NCBI GenBank assembly: GCA_002496425.1
Contig: DAJS01000002.1
Location: forward strand, 16,836-56,142
Reading direction: 5' to 3'
Length of the DNA stretch: 39,307 bases
Source: Acidilobaceae archaeon UBA162
GTDB lineage: Archaea > Thermoproteota > Thermoprotei_A > Sulfolobales > Acidilobaceae
The position numbers and the translations under genes are program-made. This document shows, piece after piece, positions 27,045 to 37,010 of the stretch; position 1 is the first letter of the stretch, and each line of letters begins with the position of its first letter. Below the pieces are notes generated by a model that saw only the letters and a list, made by a program, of their open reading frames with translations, searched no databases and had not been told where the DNA came from.

Positions 27045-28628
27045 TTACAGGCCCCAGTCCCTCATCATGTCCGCGGCGCTACGCCCTGAACTCCTTGACT
27101 GTGATTCCATCCACTCCTTAACTACGTCTACGTCACCGCCGCCCTTCTTACCCTCGCAGAGGTCTATCTTAACCACTGCCGGTAGCTTAACCATGCTTCC
27201 CAGCACCACGGCCTCGCCAGGATTAAGGGCTGGCAGCAAACCCGCTAGGTCCTCGCTCAGCTCCTCGCTGGCCTCCTGGACGTACGTTATGTCCTGGGGC
27301 TCTACCATGCGGAGTATGATCTTGTTATTGGTCTGGCTCAGCACGTTTGGATCAACGTTCCTCGGCCTCTGGCTCACAATAACAAGACCTATCCCGAACT
27401 TCCTGCCCTCCCTAGCCACCCTGCCGGCCCAGTACTTGGTCAAGGTGTCCCTGTCGCGAGGCACTAACACGTGAGCCTCCTCTATGAACACAATTATTGG
27501 CGTGGGGTAACCATCCTTGCCCTCAGTTACCTTATACCTCTTCCTCTCGATTAGTAGCCTCCTCAGATAGTGACTTACCACAGCGTCCGCCGCCCTCTCG
27601 TCAAGTCCGCTCAGGTCGAACACGTTCAGCATGTTAGGCTTTATGACTTTTGTAAGCTGGAGGGATACGCCATCCCTTATTACGTCGCCGTACTTATCGA
27701 TCAAGTCATTAACTCTATTAAGGGCCCCCTGCGCCCCCTCATCATTCATTGCCTCAAGTCTTTTGCGAAGCTCATCAATGAGCGCTGGCTCGTTGTCGCT
27801 TGGCACGCTACTGAGTGGGCTCACCTTCTTTGTTGCACTCTTCCACGCTTCCCTCAGAGCCCTCTCTTGGTTTGTCGCGTTTCTTGGCAGGTCTATCAGC
27901 TCTATCAGCTCGTCAAAGCCCATAACCCATGGATTTATACCAGGCTTTGAAACCTCGTTGACTTTATCGTCTGGCAGGCCTAACTTGCCGTACTCACCAT
28001 GCATGTCAAAGATAACCACTGTGCCTCCCAGCCCGTCCACGATCTTCCTAGCAAGGACGCAGACAGCGTTGCTCTTGCCGCCGCCGGTGACGGCAAGCAC
28101 GGCCAGGTGCCTCGTCAGCCTATTAACGTTGATCCTGTACCTGACCTTCTCGTTAGCCAGCAAGTGCCCTATGTCTATCCAGGGCCCGCTATCCGACCGC
28201 TCGGCACCGAATACCCGTTCAAGCACCTCATCATTAACCTCATAGACCGTGGTGCCAGGCGTCGGAGGCACCTTGGGCAGCTGCACCAAGCCCTTTCCGA
28301 GCAGCTCGTCAAACATGCTGAGCCACCTCACGTTGCCCTTGACGTAGATTGACGCCATCTGCGGGTTCTCCCTTAGGAGCCTTATGGCCTCGCCCACCGA
28401 CTCCGGGCTGTTGACATCGCTTGTCAGGAGGCCGCTGCCAGCAGTCACCGACTCCACGACGCCAAACACGCAACCCTTAGGGCTCTGCGACACGACGTAT
28501 GTGCCCACCTGAGGTATTGAAGAACCCTTGAACAGGACCATGCTGACCTCTGTCCTGCTCTCGCCCACTATCCAGCCCAGCTCATTCCCCAGGTTCTTAC
28601 AGGCCTCACTAGACGCCAAGTAGATCAC
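27045..28628 (-). CDS. herA: HerA bipolar DNA helicase/translocase
   Basis: HAS barrel, RHLAVLAVTGGGKSN, FDMHGEY, IEEAH, REGRKFG, SQRP. Confidence 0.94.
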   Translation of the reverse strand: MIYLASSEACKNLGNELGWIVGESRTEVSMVLFKGSSIPQVGTYVVSQSPKGCVFGVVESVTAGSGLLTSDVNSPESVGEAIRLLRENPQMASIYVKGNVRWLSMFDELLGKGLVQLPKVPPTPGTTVYEVNDEVLERVFGAERSDSGPWIDIGHLLANEKVRYRINVNRLTRHLAVLAVTGGGKSNAVCVLARKIVDGLGGTVVIFDMHGEYGKLGLPDDKVNEVSKPGINPWVMGFDELIELIDLPRNATNQERALREAWKSATKKVSPLSSVPSDNEPALIDELRKRLEAMNDEGAQGALNRVNDLIDKYGDVIRDGVSLQLTKVIKPNMLNVFDLSGLDERAADAVVSHYLRRLLIERKRYKVTEGKDGYPTPIIVFIEEAHVLVPRDRDTLTKYWAGRVAREGRKFGIGLVIVSQRPRNVDPNVLSQTNNKIILRMVEPQDITYVQEASEELSEDLAGLLPALNPGEAVVLGSMVKLPAVVKIDLCEGKKGGGDVDVVKEWMESQSRSSGRSAADMMRDWGL

Positions 28629-28631
28629 CCC

Positions 28632-29930
28632 CTACAACCTTAACACGCTCCTGCTCTCAGGCACGAGCTCGATCCCAAGGGCCCTCATCAGTCCATCCAT
28701 CTCCTCCTTACCTAGCCTTGCGTTGGCGTCGGCAGTTATGAGCGGTATTGGATAGCCCTCCCTTGACAGCGGCAGGGCCCTCACCCTTGACAGGGCATCC
28801 CTGGCTAGCTGGCCTGGGTCACTAACTTCAGACATGTCGTAGACCACGTCAACCCTGAGCACATAGCCCATCTCCTTCAGCCTAGCATAGGTAGCGACGA
28901 CCCCAATCCTCTCGTAGAACTCCCTTAGGCCCAGCACCTCAGGGTAGAGGCGCCTCGAGACCTCAGACCTTTCCCTCACATTGACCTCAGGAAAGCCATA
29001 ATAGGTGTACATGTCACCAGCGAACGCAATCACGTAGCCTGGCCCATGCTCGTGCCTTGAGGCCAGGTACATCTCGATCATGTGTACGTCTGGCACGTCT
29101 GTGTTACAGAGCTTGGTAGACCTGCTGGTCTTAACTATGAATACTGGCAGGGAGCCGTTGCGCAACACTGCCTCCAGGGCCTCCTTATAGGCGAGGAGGC
29201 GCTCCAAGGACTCAATGCTTGATATCCAAGAGTACCTCTCGGCTGGGGGCAGGCTTTGGCTCTTGATGACTTCAATGGTCACACTCTCAAGCGCTCCAGT
29301 CTTGGCCAGCTTCAACAGGAGGCGCGGCATCAGGGGTCTCTTGATGGCCTTAGCTATTATCTCAGCGGCGCAGTCCTCATCAACACTATTGCACGTGGCG
29401 TTGCTGAGCCCGTCCAAGATACCTCTCTCATACTTGGAGGCCTCCCTCACAGCTCTGGCCAGCGCCTTCAATGCGTCATCCCAGTTCAGCCTCTTGGAAA
29501 TCTTGCCCCACATAAGTGGTGGGGATCCGTCGAAGAGAGCCACTCCACTTCTTGGTGCTGCCTGGGCGGCAACGTTGGCCTCAAGCACCTGCCTGTAGAC
29601 AGCTATCCTGGCCCCCATCCTGTAGCTCTGAGGTACTAGGAGTCCGACGAACCCTCTCTCGAAGCGACTCGGCGACTCGGCGCTGGACTCGAAGCGGGCT
29701 GCCCACCCCTTTGCCGCCACCACGGTATATGTTCTCAGGTTGCGCCTGTCGTTACCTCCATCCTCCGCGGAGTACTGCTGCGCGTGAGGATAAGGGCTGG
29801 GAGCGTCGAGCCACGTTATCTCCCTCTCCTCATGGTTCTCGTCGTAGCACGCAGGCCTAGGGGATTTGACTAACAACGCGAGGGTCTCCCTGAACTCCCT
29901 GGCCTCGAGCAGGAGCGAGGGTGTCAGCAT
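28632..29930 (-). CDS. nurA: NurA 5'-3' nuclease
   Basis: AEDGG, LFDGS, VKTS, GYPIPL; between rad50 and herA; ATG 29930 right after the rad50 stop. Confidence 0.87.
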   Translation of the reverse strand: MLTPSLLLEAREFRETLALLVKSPRPACYDENHEEREITWLDAPSPYPHAQQYSAEDGGNDRRNLRTYTVVAAKGWAARFESSAESPSRFERGFVGLLVPQSYRMGARIAVYRQVLEANVAAQAAPRSGVALFDGSPPLMWGKISKRLNWDDALKALARAVREASKYERGILDGLSNATCNSVDEDCAAEIIAKAIKRPLMPRLLLKLAKTGALESVTIEVIKSQSLPPAERYSWISSIESLERLLAYKEALEAVLRNGSLPVFIVKTSRSTKLCNTDVPDVHMIEMYLASRHEHGPGYVIAFAGDMYTYYGFPEVNVRERSEVSRRLYPEVLGLREFYERIGVVATYARLKEMGYVLRVDVVYDMSEVSDPGQLARDALSRVRALPLSREGYPIPLITADANARLGKEEMDGLMRALGIELVPESRSVLRL

Positions 29931-29931
29931 G

Positions 29932-32676
29932 CTAATCCTCCTCGCACAATATCTGGGACGCGCCCTGTGGGCCCTTCGAGACGTGACACGTGCGGTCCAT
30001 GTAGTCCACAAGGTCGCTGTGATGAGTTATTATGAGCAGCTGTCTCACAAGCCCTTCCTCGGCCAGGTGGCCCAGTATCTCCATGAGGTGCCTCCTCCTC
30101 TCCTCGTCAAGCATGTCAGTGGGCTCATCAAGGAGCAGGAAGCCTATCTTGGACTGGAGCACCCTGTTGAGGGCTATTATATAGGCCAGGGATACCACTA
30201 CCTGCTCGCCGCCGCTGAGGGATGAAAACTGCCTCTCGTTGCCCTGCCTGTCCAATATGGCGAACTCAAAGGAGTCCTCGGACTCCCTTACCTCTATGCT
30301 TGAGTAGTCAAGCCCAAACTGCTGGAATGCCTCATTCATGGCGTTTTCGAGGTCTATGAGCGCACGCCTGTAGAGGGCCCTGCCGAGCCTGTCAAAGGCT
30401 GTGAGGGCCCCCAGGCCGGCGTCAAGCTTATCAAGCGCCTTGCTGAGCTCCTGAACCCTAGCGTCAATGTCACTTAGCTCTTCATTCATCTTCTCCAGGC
30501 TGGCCTTGACTGAGGCTAGCTCTCTGCTCAGCTCGTCCCTTCTCTTGCCAATCTCGGCCAGCCTGTCCTGCAGCTTTGCGCATCTATTCTTAGCCTCCTT
30601 TAGGTCCGCCAGCTCCTTCTCCAAGTCCTTGACCCTGCCCTCTACCTGCTTTACCTCCTCCTCAATCTCCTTAACGCTACTTTGCGCGTCACGCAGCTGC
30701 TCCTCAAGGAGACCAACGCGGGCTGCCTCGGACTGCGCCTCCTGCACAGCCCTTCTGGCCTCAGCGAGGTCCTTGGCCTTAGTGGCTCTCAGGACCTCTG
30801 AGGTTAGCTGTTGAACAGTGTCCTCCAGCTCCTTGAGCTCCTCTTTCTTCCTCTCCAGCTCCTTGATAAGCGCTGGCACCTGCTCGACGCCGACGCCCAG
30901 GTCCTTCAGCCTCTGCTGAGCTGCCAGATACCTTGAGTTGAGGTCCTCAAGCTCCTTGACCCTTCTCTCCACCTCCTCCCTCTCCTTGCTCAGGCTGCTA
31001 AGCCTCTTCATGACATCATCAAGAGCCTCAAGTCCCTTGCTGAGCTCCGTGATATTGCTAAGTATCTCCCTCAGCTGCGCAATGGCTCTTCCAGCCCTGT
31101 CGAGCAGCTCCCTGCTCCTCCTCAGGATCTCCTCGTCGGCCGTGAGTTTGTCCCTGAGCCTGTGGAACTCCTCCTCTACCTCCTTCAGCTCGCCCGCGTA
31201 CCTCTCCTTGAGCTCCTTCGCCTTCTCAGCCGTGAGCCTTGAACCGCAGACAGGGCAACTGGTCGAATCCTTAGCCGAAGTCAGCACGCCGAGTATCTCC
31301 CTTAGGTTCTCTGCTTGCGCGCTGAGCCTCTCGACCTGGGCACGCTCATCCTCAATAGCCTTTTCCATCGACTCCGCCTGTTCTCTCAGCGACTTCAGGC
31401 GTTCATCGGAGAGCCTGAGGACGTCCTCGAGAGAGGCTCCCGTGGGAAGGCCAAGCGCCTTGGCAAGCTCGTCAGCGAGTCCTCTGGCCCTGCCGATGAG
31501 CTCATCATAGCTCTTCTTCCTCGCCTCAAGGCTTCCTGCCTGCCCTGAGAGTGCCCTCTCCTCCTCCACTATCCTGGCAAGCTGGTCCCTGAGCCTCTCG
31601 TACTCCTTGTGCGCCTGCTCGAGCGAGCTGAACTGAATCCATGACCTCTCAACCTCTGAGAGCCTGTCAACCTCGGCCCTGAGCTTTAGGGCCCTTGACG
31701 TAAGGTCGTCGACCTTTAGCAGGCTGTCCTTAAGCGCCGCCAGTGTAGCACGCTCCTTTGCTCTACTAAGCTGGGCCTGCAGCTCCTGTTCCTTGCTCCT
31801 CGCACGCTTAAGCCCTTCCATTAGCTTCCTCAGCTGCTCCTGTAGTTCCCTGTAGTTAGACTCGATAACTTCATAGGAGGCAGCCCTATCGCAGATCTCC
31901 TTGGATTCCTGCTCGGCCTTCCTGAGCTCGTCCTCTACGCTTGAGAGCTCAGCACTGAGCTTTGTCTCACGGCCTCTCAGCTCCCTCAGGCCGTCAAGCA
32001 GGCGCTTCTTCTCATCCTTGGCACTGTCAAGGCTCTTTATTATGGTGTCCCTTCTCCTGGGCCCTATCTCTACGGCAAGTATTGGCATGCCCCTGACAGA
32101 GGCCTGCACTGTGTGGCCCTTGATGCTCTCCTGCGCAACTCTCAGGTGTGGTATCCCTATGGCGTTCTCAAGGAGCTCCTTCAGCCTCTTGCCTGACTGG
32201 GATATTATCGAGGACAGCTCGATAAGCCCTCCCTGCCTCACTATTATTGCCGTGTCGAGGAAGTCCCCATAGTTGACCGCGGCGCTTATGCCCAGTACTC
32301 TAGCGATCTCGGCCGGATAATCCTTGGCCGTGGCCGTAACGAGCTTTTGTCCTTCCTTCAGCGTAACGCTTGACGTGGCAGAGCCACGTCTGCCGCGCGC
32401 CGTAATTGACGCCGAGACCTCGACGACAGGATCCCTGTCGTTAATGTCCTCAAGGATCAGCCTGACCCTGGCACTAGAGGAGCCGGCCCTTATCAGGTCG
32501 GCCAACCTGCCCCTCCAGCCCCTCAGCGTAAGCGCGAAGTTTATCGCCTCGAGGATGCTGGTCTTCCCTGCCCCGTTCTCGCCTACCAGCGCTGTACTGC
32601 CCTCTGAGAGGTCAAGTACGGTCCTCCTATGGCTGAGAAAGTTCTCCAGCTCAACCCTCTTGATTATGTAAGTCAT
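29932..32676 (-). CDS. rad50: Rad50 DNA double-strand break repair ATPase
   Basis: LENFLSH, GENGAGKT, long coiled coils, zinc hook CPVCG, LSGGE, LLLDEPT. Confidence 0.95.
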   Translation of the reverse strand: MTYIIKRVELENFLSHRRTVLDLSEGSTALVGENGAGKTSILEAINFALTLRGWRGRLADLIRAGSSSARVRLILEDINDRDPVVEVSASITARGRRGSATSSVTLKEGQKLVTATAKDYPAEIARVLGISAAVNYGDFLDTAIIVRQGGLIELSSIISQSGKRLKELLENAIGIPHLRVAQESIKGHTVQASVRGMPILAVEIGPRRRDTIIKSLDSAKDEKKRLLDGLRELRGRETKLSAELSSVEDELRKAEQESKEICDRAASYEVIESNYRELQEQLRKLMEGLKRARSKEQELQAQLSRAKERATLAALKDSLLKVDDLTSRALKLRAEVDRLSEVERSWIQFSSLEQAHKEYERLRDQLARIVEEERALSGQAGSLEARKKSYDELIGRARGLADELAKALGLPTGASLEDVLRLSDERLKSLREQAESMEKAIEDERAQVERLSAQAENLREILGVLTSAKDSTSCPVCGSRLTAEKAKELKERYAGELKEVEEEFHRLRDKLTADEEILRRSRELLDRAGRAIAQLREILSNITELSKGLEALDDVMKRLSSLSKEREEVERRVKELEDLNSRYLAAQQRLKDLGVGVEQVPALIKELERKKEELKELEDTVQQLTSEVLRATKAKDLAEARRAVQEAQSEAARVGLLEEQLRDAQSSVKEIEEEVKQVEGRVKDLEKELADLKEAKNRCAKLQDRLAEIGKRRDELSRELASVKASLEKMNEELSDIDARVQELSKALDKLDAGLGALTAFDRLGRALYRRALIDLENAMNEAFQQFGLDYSSIEVRESEDSFEFAILDRQGNERQFSSLSGGEQVVVSLAYIIALNRVLQSKIGFLLLDEPTDMLDEERRRHLMEILGHLAEEGLVRQLLIITHHSDLVDYMDRTCHVSKGPQGASQILCEED

Positions 32677-33941
32677 GATATCATCGCCCTCAAGGCCTCA
32701 AGGCTCTTCTGCCACGAGGCCAGCTTTTCAAGGGCCTTGTCTATCTCCTCGTCAGATCCTTCGGCAGCGGCCTCTAGGAGCTCCACAAGGACCTTAGCGG
32801 TGTAGGTGTCAAGACCTAGGTCCTCCTTCAGTATTCCCTCCAGGTCTAAGGACTCCCTGCCACTAGAAGAGGTTAGTGGTGGCCTGTTAGCCTTCCGATC
32901 TGCCACCCTAATTACGTGAGGTATTACTATAGCGTTCATCTTCGCCCCGACCTCGCTCGACTTGACCTCAATTAGCCTAGCCGACACGCCTGCTGAGGCT
33001 TTGACTCTGAGGTGTACGAGGGGTGGCTTAGAGTACTGGCCCTGCAGTCTTGATATGGCCTGGCTTATCCTCGTCTCCACGTCCTTAGGGTCATTTATCT
33101 CCACGTCAAGCACTTCGTGTCTCCTAATCTCAACCTTGAGTTCGTGAACTGTAGGTTCGTCAGAGCTAAGATCGACCAGGATGGGGCCACGAACATAGGG
33201 CCTGTTGCTCCGGCTCTCGATGCTCTTCTCCGCCTCGACCTCAGCTATATCAAGTGGATAAAGGGACCCTGGATATGCATAGGCCTTAATGTTCTCTTTG
33301 CCAGCACAGCTAATGCATCTGGCATGGACATGCCCTAAGGCCACGTAGTCCGCCCTGGGTAGGTCGCCGAGACTAGTCACGTAATCATAAGGAAATATAG
33401 GGTCAACCGAGAAGTGCGCCACAAAGACCGTCTTGTGCCCCTCAGACTTCTCCTGCTCGATTACAGCACGATACTTGTTGAGGAGGACCTGCGCCAGCTC
33501 ACGGCGCTTCTCGACACTCTGCCTCTTGAACGGGTAGACGTGGAAAATGACGTTCTCCAGGCTTACTGTTGTTGACTTTATTATGTCAGCGTCGCTGACA
33601 GGGTTTATGACGGTTGGAGCGTAGAAGCCGTCTATGGCGCTCTCCATGATCATTAGACTTGAGGGCTCGCGCCTCCCGGGCGTGTCATGCTCTCCATGAG
33701 CTGCGATCACTTTAATTCCTGAGGCTGTAAGCTGCTTGAACTTGGCTATAGCATGCATAAGCGCGTCATTAGTTGGACGGGGGCTGTCAAACAGGTCCCC
33801 TGCTATTACTAGCACCTTGGGCCTCTCCTTCATTATTAGGTCTAGGGCCTCGTCAAATGCCTCAAATATGTCCTCGTATATGGTCGCCTCGCCATACCTC
33901 CTAGCGCCTAAGTGTATGTCGGCCAGATGCGCTATCAGCAA
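32673..33941 (-). CDS. mre11: Mre11 nuclease
   Basis: ADIHLG, AGDLFD, GEHD, YVALGHVH, YPGS. Confidence 0.94.
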   Translation of the reverse strand: MLIAHLADIHLGARRYGEATIYEDIFEAFDEALDLIMKERPKVLVIAGDLFDSPRPTNDALMHAIAKFKQLTASGIKVIAAHGEHDTPGRREPSSLMIMESAIDGFYAPTVINPVSDADIIKSTTVSLENVIFHVYPFKRQSVEKRRELAQVLLNKYRAVIEQEKSEGHKTVFVAHFSVDPIFPYDYVTSLGDLPRADYVALGHVHARCISCAGKENIKAYAYPGSLYPLDIAEVEAEKSIESRSNRPYVRGPILVDLSSDEPTVHELKVEIRRHEVLDVEINDPKDVETRISQAISRLQGQYSKPPLVHLRVKASAGVSARLIEVKSSEVGAKMNAIVIPHVIRVADRKANRPPLTSSSGRESLDLEGILKEDLGLDTYTAKVLVELLEAAAEGSDEEIDKALEKLASWQKSLEALRAMIS

Positions 33942-33947
33942 GCCGAG

Positions 33948-34069
33948 GGCCCCTGGCGCGCCACAGTATCTCTAACCTGTAGTACCTTAAAACCAGCAAT
34001 AGTTAGCCTGACGTCGACCTTAAGGCCTCTAACTAACGAGCTTGGCACACATAGAAGGCGCCAGGGGCC
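33948..34069. repeat. 12-bp perfect inverted repeat pair (33948-59 / 34058-69) around the mre11-hps divergent promoter
   Basis: GGCCCCTGGCGC ... GCGCCAGGGGCC, 98-bp spacer. Confidence 0.6.
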
Positions 34070-34122
34070 AGACCAACGTTGAAAGCTAAAAACGTCCGAG
34101 CTGCCCAGGCCTCAGGATAAGC

Positions 34123-34806
34123 ATGGCAGCTCTGCTTGACAGGCTCAACAAGTGCGGAGCCCTGCTTCAGATAGCCCTCGACTTCACCAGCCTGGAGGAT
34201 GCGGTGAGGGTTGCGGTACTGAGCGGCATGAGGGGCCAGCTGATACTTGAGGCCGGGACCCCGCTCATAAAGGCTGAGGGAGTCAAGGCAGTCAAGGTGC
34301 TGAGGTCGCTACCCGGCTCGCACCTAGTCATGGCTGACACCAAGACCATGGACACTGGGGCCCTTGAGGCGGAGCTTATGTTAAGGGCTGGCGCTGATGC
34401 CGTAAGCGCTATGGTAGCCTCAAGCGAGGAGACCATAAGGGAGGCAGTCAGGGCCGCGGAGCAGTTGGGCGGGGTCGTTTATGCTGACATGATGGGCTTC
34501 ACCGACCTGAGCCTCTGGGTCGAGAAGGCCAGAAGGGCCAACGCGCATGTCGTCCTGCTCCACACTGGCATAGACGTACAGAGGTCCCTTGGCATAACCG
34601 CCTCCCAGGCCCTTGACCTGATCAGGAAGGCCAAGGAGCTGTTCAAGGGGCCTGTGGCCGCTGCCGGGGGCATAAAGCCTGAGGACGTGCCTAAGGTTGT
34701 CGGTGCGGGAGCTGACATAGTCATCATAGGGTCAGCTATAACTAAGTCGTCTGACCCGGCCGCCGCTACCGCGTCAGCCCTGAAGGGGCTTGGGTCAGAG
34801 TGCTAG
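34123..34806 (+). CDS. hxlA: 3-hexulose-6-phosphate synthase (OMPDC/HUMPS family)
   Basis: LQIALD, EAGTPLIKAEG, ADTKTMDTG, HTGIDVQ, AAAGGI, IIGSAI. Confidence 0.88.
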   Translation: MAALLDRLNKCGALLQIALDFTSLEDAVRVAVLSGMRGQLILEAGTPLIKAEGVKAVKVLRSLPGSHLVMADTKTMDTGALEAELMLRAGADAVSAMVASSEETIREAVRAAEQLGGVVYADMMGFTDLSLWVEKARRANAHVVLLHTGIDVQRSLGITASQALDLIRKAKELFKGPVAAAGGIKPEDVPKVVGAGADIVIIGSAITKSSDPAAATASALKGLGSEC

Positions 34807-34817
34807 GGGGTACCATT

Positions 34818-35123
34818 ATGCATGTTGACGAGAGCAGGCTGATCCGCCGTGCCGTCAAGCTCTACAACAGGTACAGGGCGCCCGAGGCGACCGCAAGGCT
34901 AGTCACTAGGAAGGGTGACACCTTTTACATAGCCTTTGACGGGACCTACTGCGAGACCTGCGGTCTCTACGACTGGATAGATGACATGAGGTACGTCATG
35001 AACGAGCTGGGGCTTGAGGCTGAGATTATAAAGCTGAACGAGCCGGAAGGGCCCGCTGGGAGCCTTAGAATCGCCGCATTCAGGGTCAGGAAGTCCTCAG
35101 GGCCTCAGCCTCCACAGCAGTGA
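34818..35123 (+). CDS. Small CxxC hypothetical protein (NifU-C-like motif)
   Basis: YNRYRAPEA...FDGTYCETCGLYD; GGGGG RBS before ATG 34818. Confidence 0.7.
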   Translation: MHVDESRLIRRAVKLYNRYRAPEATARLVTRKGDTFYIAFDGTYCETCGLYDWIDDMRYVMNELGLEAEIIKLNEPEGPAGSLRIAAFRVRKSSGPQPPQQ

Positions 35124-35987
35124 GCCATTAACTATGACAGGCTCAACTGCCTCCCTGGACCTGAGGCAGCTTATGTAGCCCTCAACGGTAGTGCGCAACA
35201 GGAGCAGGTTGGCGGGCTCTAGCTCCTGGGGGCTGAAGGCCTTGACAAGTGATGCTACCAGCTGGTCAATGCCTATGGGCTCCCTGAGCGAGGACTCAAT
35301 TAAGTTGGCGACCTCGTCAAGCCTCTTGATGTTAAGCTCTATTAACGCTGAGGCCTCGCTGCCCCTGACTACAGGCCCGTGGCCTGGAACTACGTACTCC
35401 AGCGAGGGGGCTAGGCGGGCCAGGCTCTCCAGGGACTCCCTGGCAGTACAGAGACGCCTGTGGTAAGGTATACCATACTTAGCTATGGTCCTGTCGCCGA
35501 ATATGGCGTCCCCAGCGTGAAGCACGCCATCAGGCGTCAGCACCCCCATGTGACCTTCCGTGTGGCCTGGCAACGGTATCAGCCTGAGCCTGCCGTAGCT
35601 GCTCTCGGACGAGGCTGGGACTTCCTTTGTAACGGCTATCTGCGGGGCCCTGAACATCATCAGTTTATCATTAGGGTCTAGGTACATCCCGTAGGTAAGT
35701 GCCGCCCTTATGTCAGGCCTCCTAACTGCTGGGGAGTCCAGGTCAGTGGCCACGACCTCCACAGGGGTAAGCTTAGCTATGGCCTCTAGGTGATCGCTAT
35801 GGTAGTGCGTGAGGACCACATGATATTCAGGGTTCCCAAGCTGCTCCAGGGACCTCTTTAGCCTCCTAGGTCTGTCCTCGCCCTGGCCTGGGTCTACTAG
35901 GTAGGCCCTGTTGAGCTCGTGGTCGTAGAATATTACCGTAGCCGGGCTGCCGCGCTCCACGTAGGATGAACCGACCAACCTGTCCAT
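35097..35987 (-). CDS. Metallo-beta-lactamase-fold hydrolase
   Basis: LVDPG, THYHSDH, LPGHT, AGDA, VPGHG. Confidence 0.9.
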   Translation of the reverse strand: MDRLVGSSYVERGSPATVIFYDHELNRAYLVDPGQGEDRPRRLKRSLEQLGNPEYHVVLTHYHSDHLEAIAKLTPVEVVATDLDSPAVRRPDIRAALTYGMYLDPNDKLMMFRAPQIAVTKEVPASSESSYGRLRLIPLPGHTEGHMGVLTPDGVLHAGDAIFGDRTIAKYGIPYHRRLCTARESLESLARLAPSLEYVVPGHGPVVRGSEASALIELNIKRLDEVANLIESSLREPIGIDQLVASLVKAFSPQELEPANLLLLRTTVEGYISCLRSREAVEPVIVNGSLLWRLRP

Positions 35988-36224
35988 GGCATGCCTAGGC
36001 CAAGCGTGTCACCTAAAAATAAAGCCCTATGCTAAATGTGGGATTTTCTCTTAATTTTAGTAATAAGTTGCGCAAACTAAAGCACAGCCAGGTTCTGAGG
36101 CAGGCCAGCGAAGTGGTCATAGAGCTAGCTGACAGATGAAAAGGTGAGTCTAATAGGAAGTGAGCAAGAATCCTGATAAAAACCCTCCTGATTTTAATTA
36201 AGCCCACGAGGGCCTACAGACCGC

Positions 36225-36716
36225 CTAGAACTCCTCGCTCTCCTCGCCCTCCTCTGAGCCTCCACCGCGTGGCCTGCTGCCATAGCCTCCGTAGCGCCTA
36301 GGAGGCCTACCGCCTCCCCTACGAGGACCGCGACGGCTCCCAAAGCCCCCTCCCTGCGCCTTAGGCGTGTTCTCAGGTATGTCCTCTGGCTTGGGGACCT
36401 CCGTGTCCTCCAGCTTCTTAATGGCCCCTCTGCTGCCTATGTTCAGCTGAACCTCGCCCCTAAAGCTGGTCGTCCAGGCGCCCTGTAGCTCTACGGCGTC
36501 GCCCTCCTTCAGCTTGCCCGCCTGATTACCCCAGGCAGTCAGCTTGACCCTGCCAGTATCGTCACCAACTATAGCCTCACTTATCGTCCTATCGCCCCTC
36601 TGCGTGTGTATAACCTTTGGCGGCTCGGCGCTCAAAACACGAACCTTTACGTCCACGTTGTCCTCCCCCTCGCGAAGGTCAGCAACCTTGCGAGGGGCCG
36701 CTTCCTCTCCTGCCAA
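36225..36716 (-). CDS. ssb: Crenarchaeal single-stranded DNA-binding protein (single OB fold)
   Basis: GDDTGRVKLTAWG, AWTTSFRGEVQLNIG, Gly/Arg/Pro tail ending in acidic EEGEESEEF; TTG 36716 preferred. Confidence 0.92.
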   Translation of the reverse strand: MAGEEAAPRKVADLREGEDNVDVKVRVLSAEPPKVIHTQRGDRTISEAIVGDDTGRVKLTAWGNQAGKLKEGDAVELQGAWTTSFRGEVQLNIGSRGAIKKLEDTEVPKPEDIPENTPKAQGGGFGSRRGPRRGGGRPPRRYGGYGSRPRGGGSEEGEESEEF

Positions 36717-36811
36717 CTTATGTACGCCCTCTCGATACGTTGGCCCCGTCCTGAGTTCAGAACGAGGCCAGATAGAGGCTTGGGCTGGGGTTTTTAAATT
36801 TAGGGGGTTAA

Positions 36812-37010
36812 GAGGAGCGAAGGCCCTCCTAATGCCCAACATGGGGTTTAGATTTAGGGCTTACGCTGATGAGCAAACCTTAAGGGCATTAGAGGTCCAG
36901 TTGAAGTTGACATGTGGTTATACAATACCCTGCTTTGGGCAAGTTCCTATTTCTATTCAAGGAAAGGAGGAAGGAGTAGAGGTTAAACTAGCCATTGGTC
37001 TAGACCTACG
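36812..37010 (+). pseudogene. tnpB: IS200/IS605-family tnpB 5' remnant with left-end hairpin
   Basis: From ATG 36832: MPNMGFRFRAYADEQTLRALEVQLKLTC; frameshift near 36916; then YNTLLWASSYFYSRKG, stop 36984-86; resembles the N-terminus of crenarchaeal TnpB as I recall it; preceded by TTAA and imperfect hairpin GAGGAGCGAAGGCCCTC; right boundary uncertain. Confidence 0.8.

Noticed and set aside
33676-33700. Mre11 motif III GEHD instead of GNHD as a sign of inactivation
   Set aside because: Other metal-binding motifs are intact and acidic substitutions at this position occur in crenarchaeal Mre11 as I recall
27045-33941. HerA/NurA/SMC-like genes as a novel defence system
   Set aside because: This is the canonical archaeal double-strand break repair operon
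36013-36207. 64-aa ORF in the ssb downstream spacer
   Set aside because: Atypical AT-rich composition, no motif, overlaps likely terminator and promoter sequence
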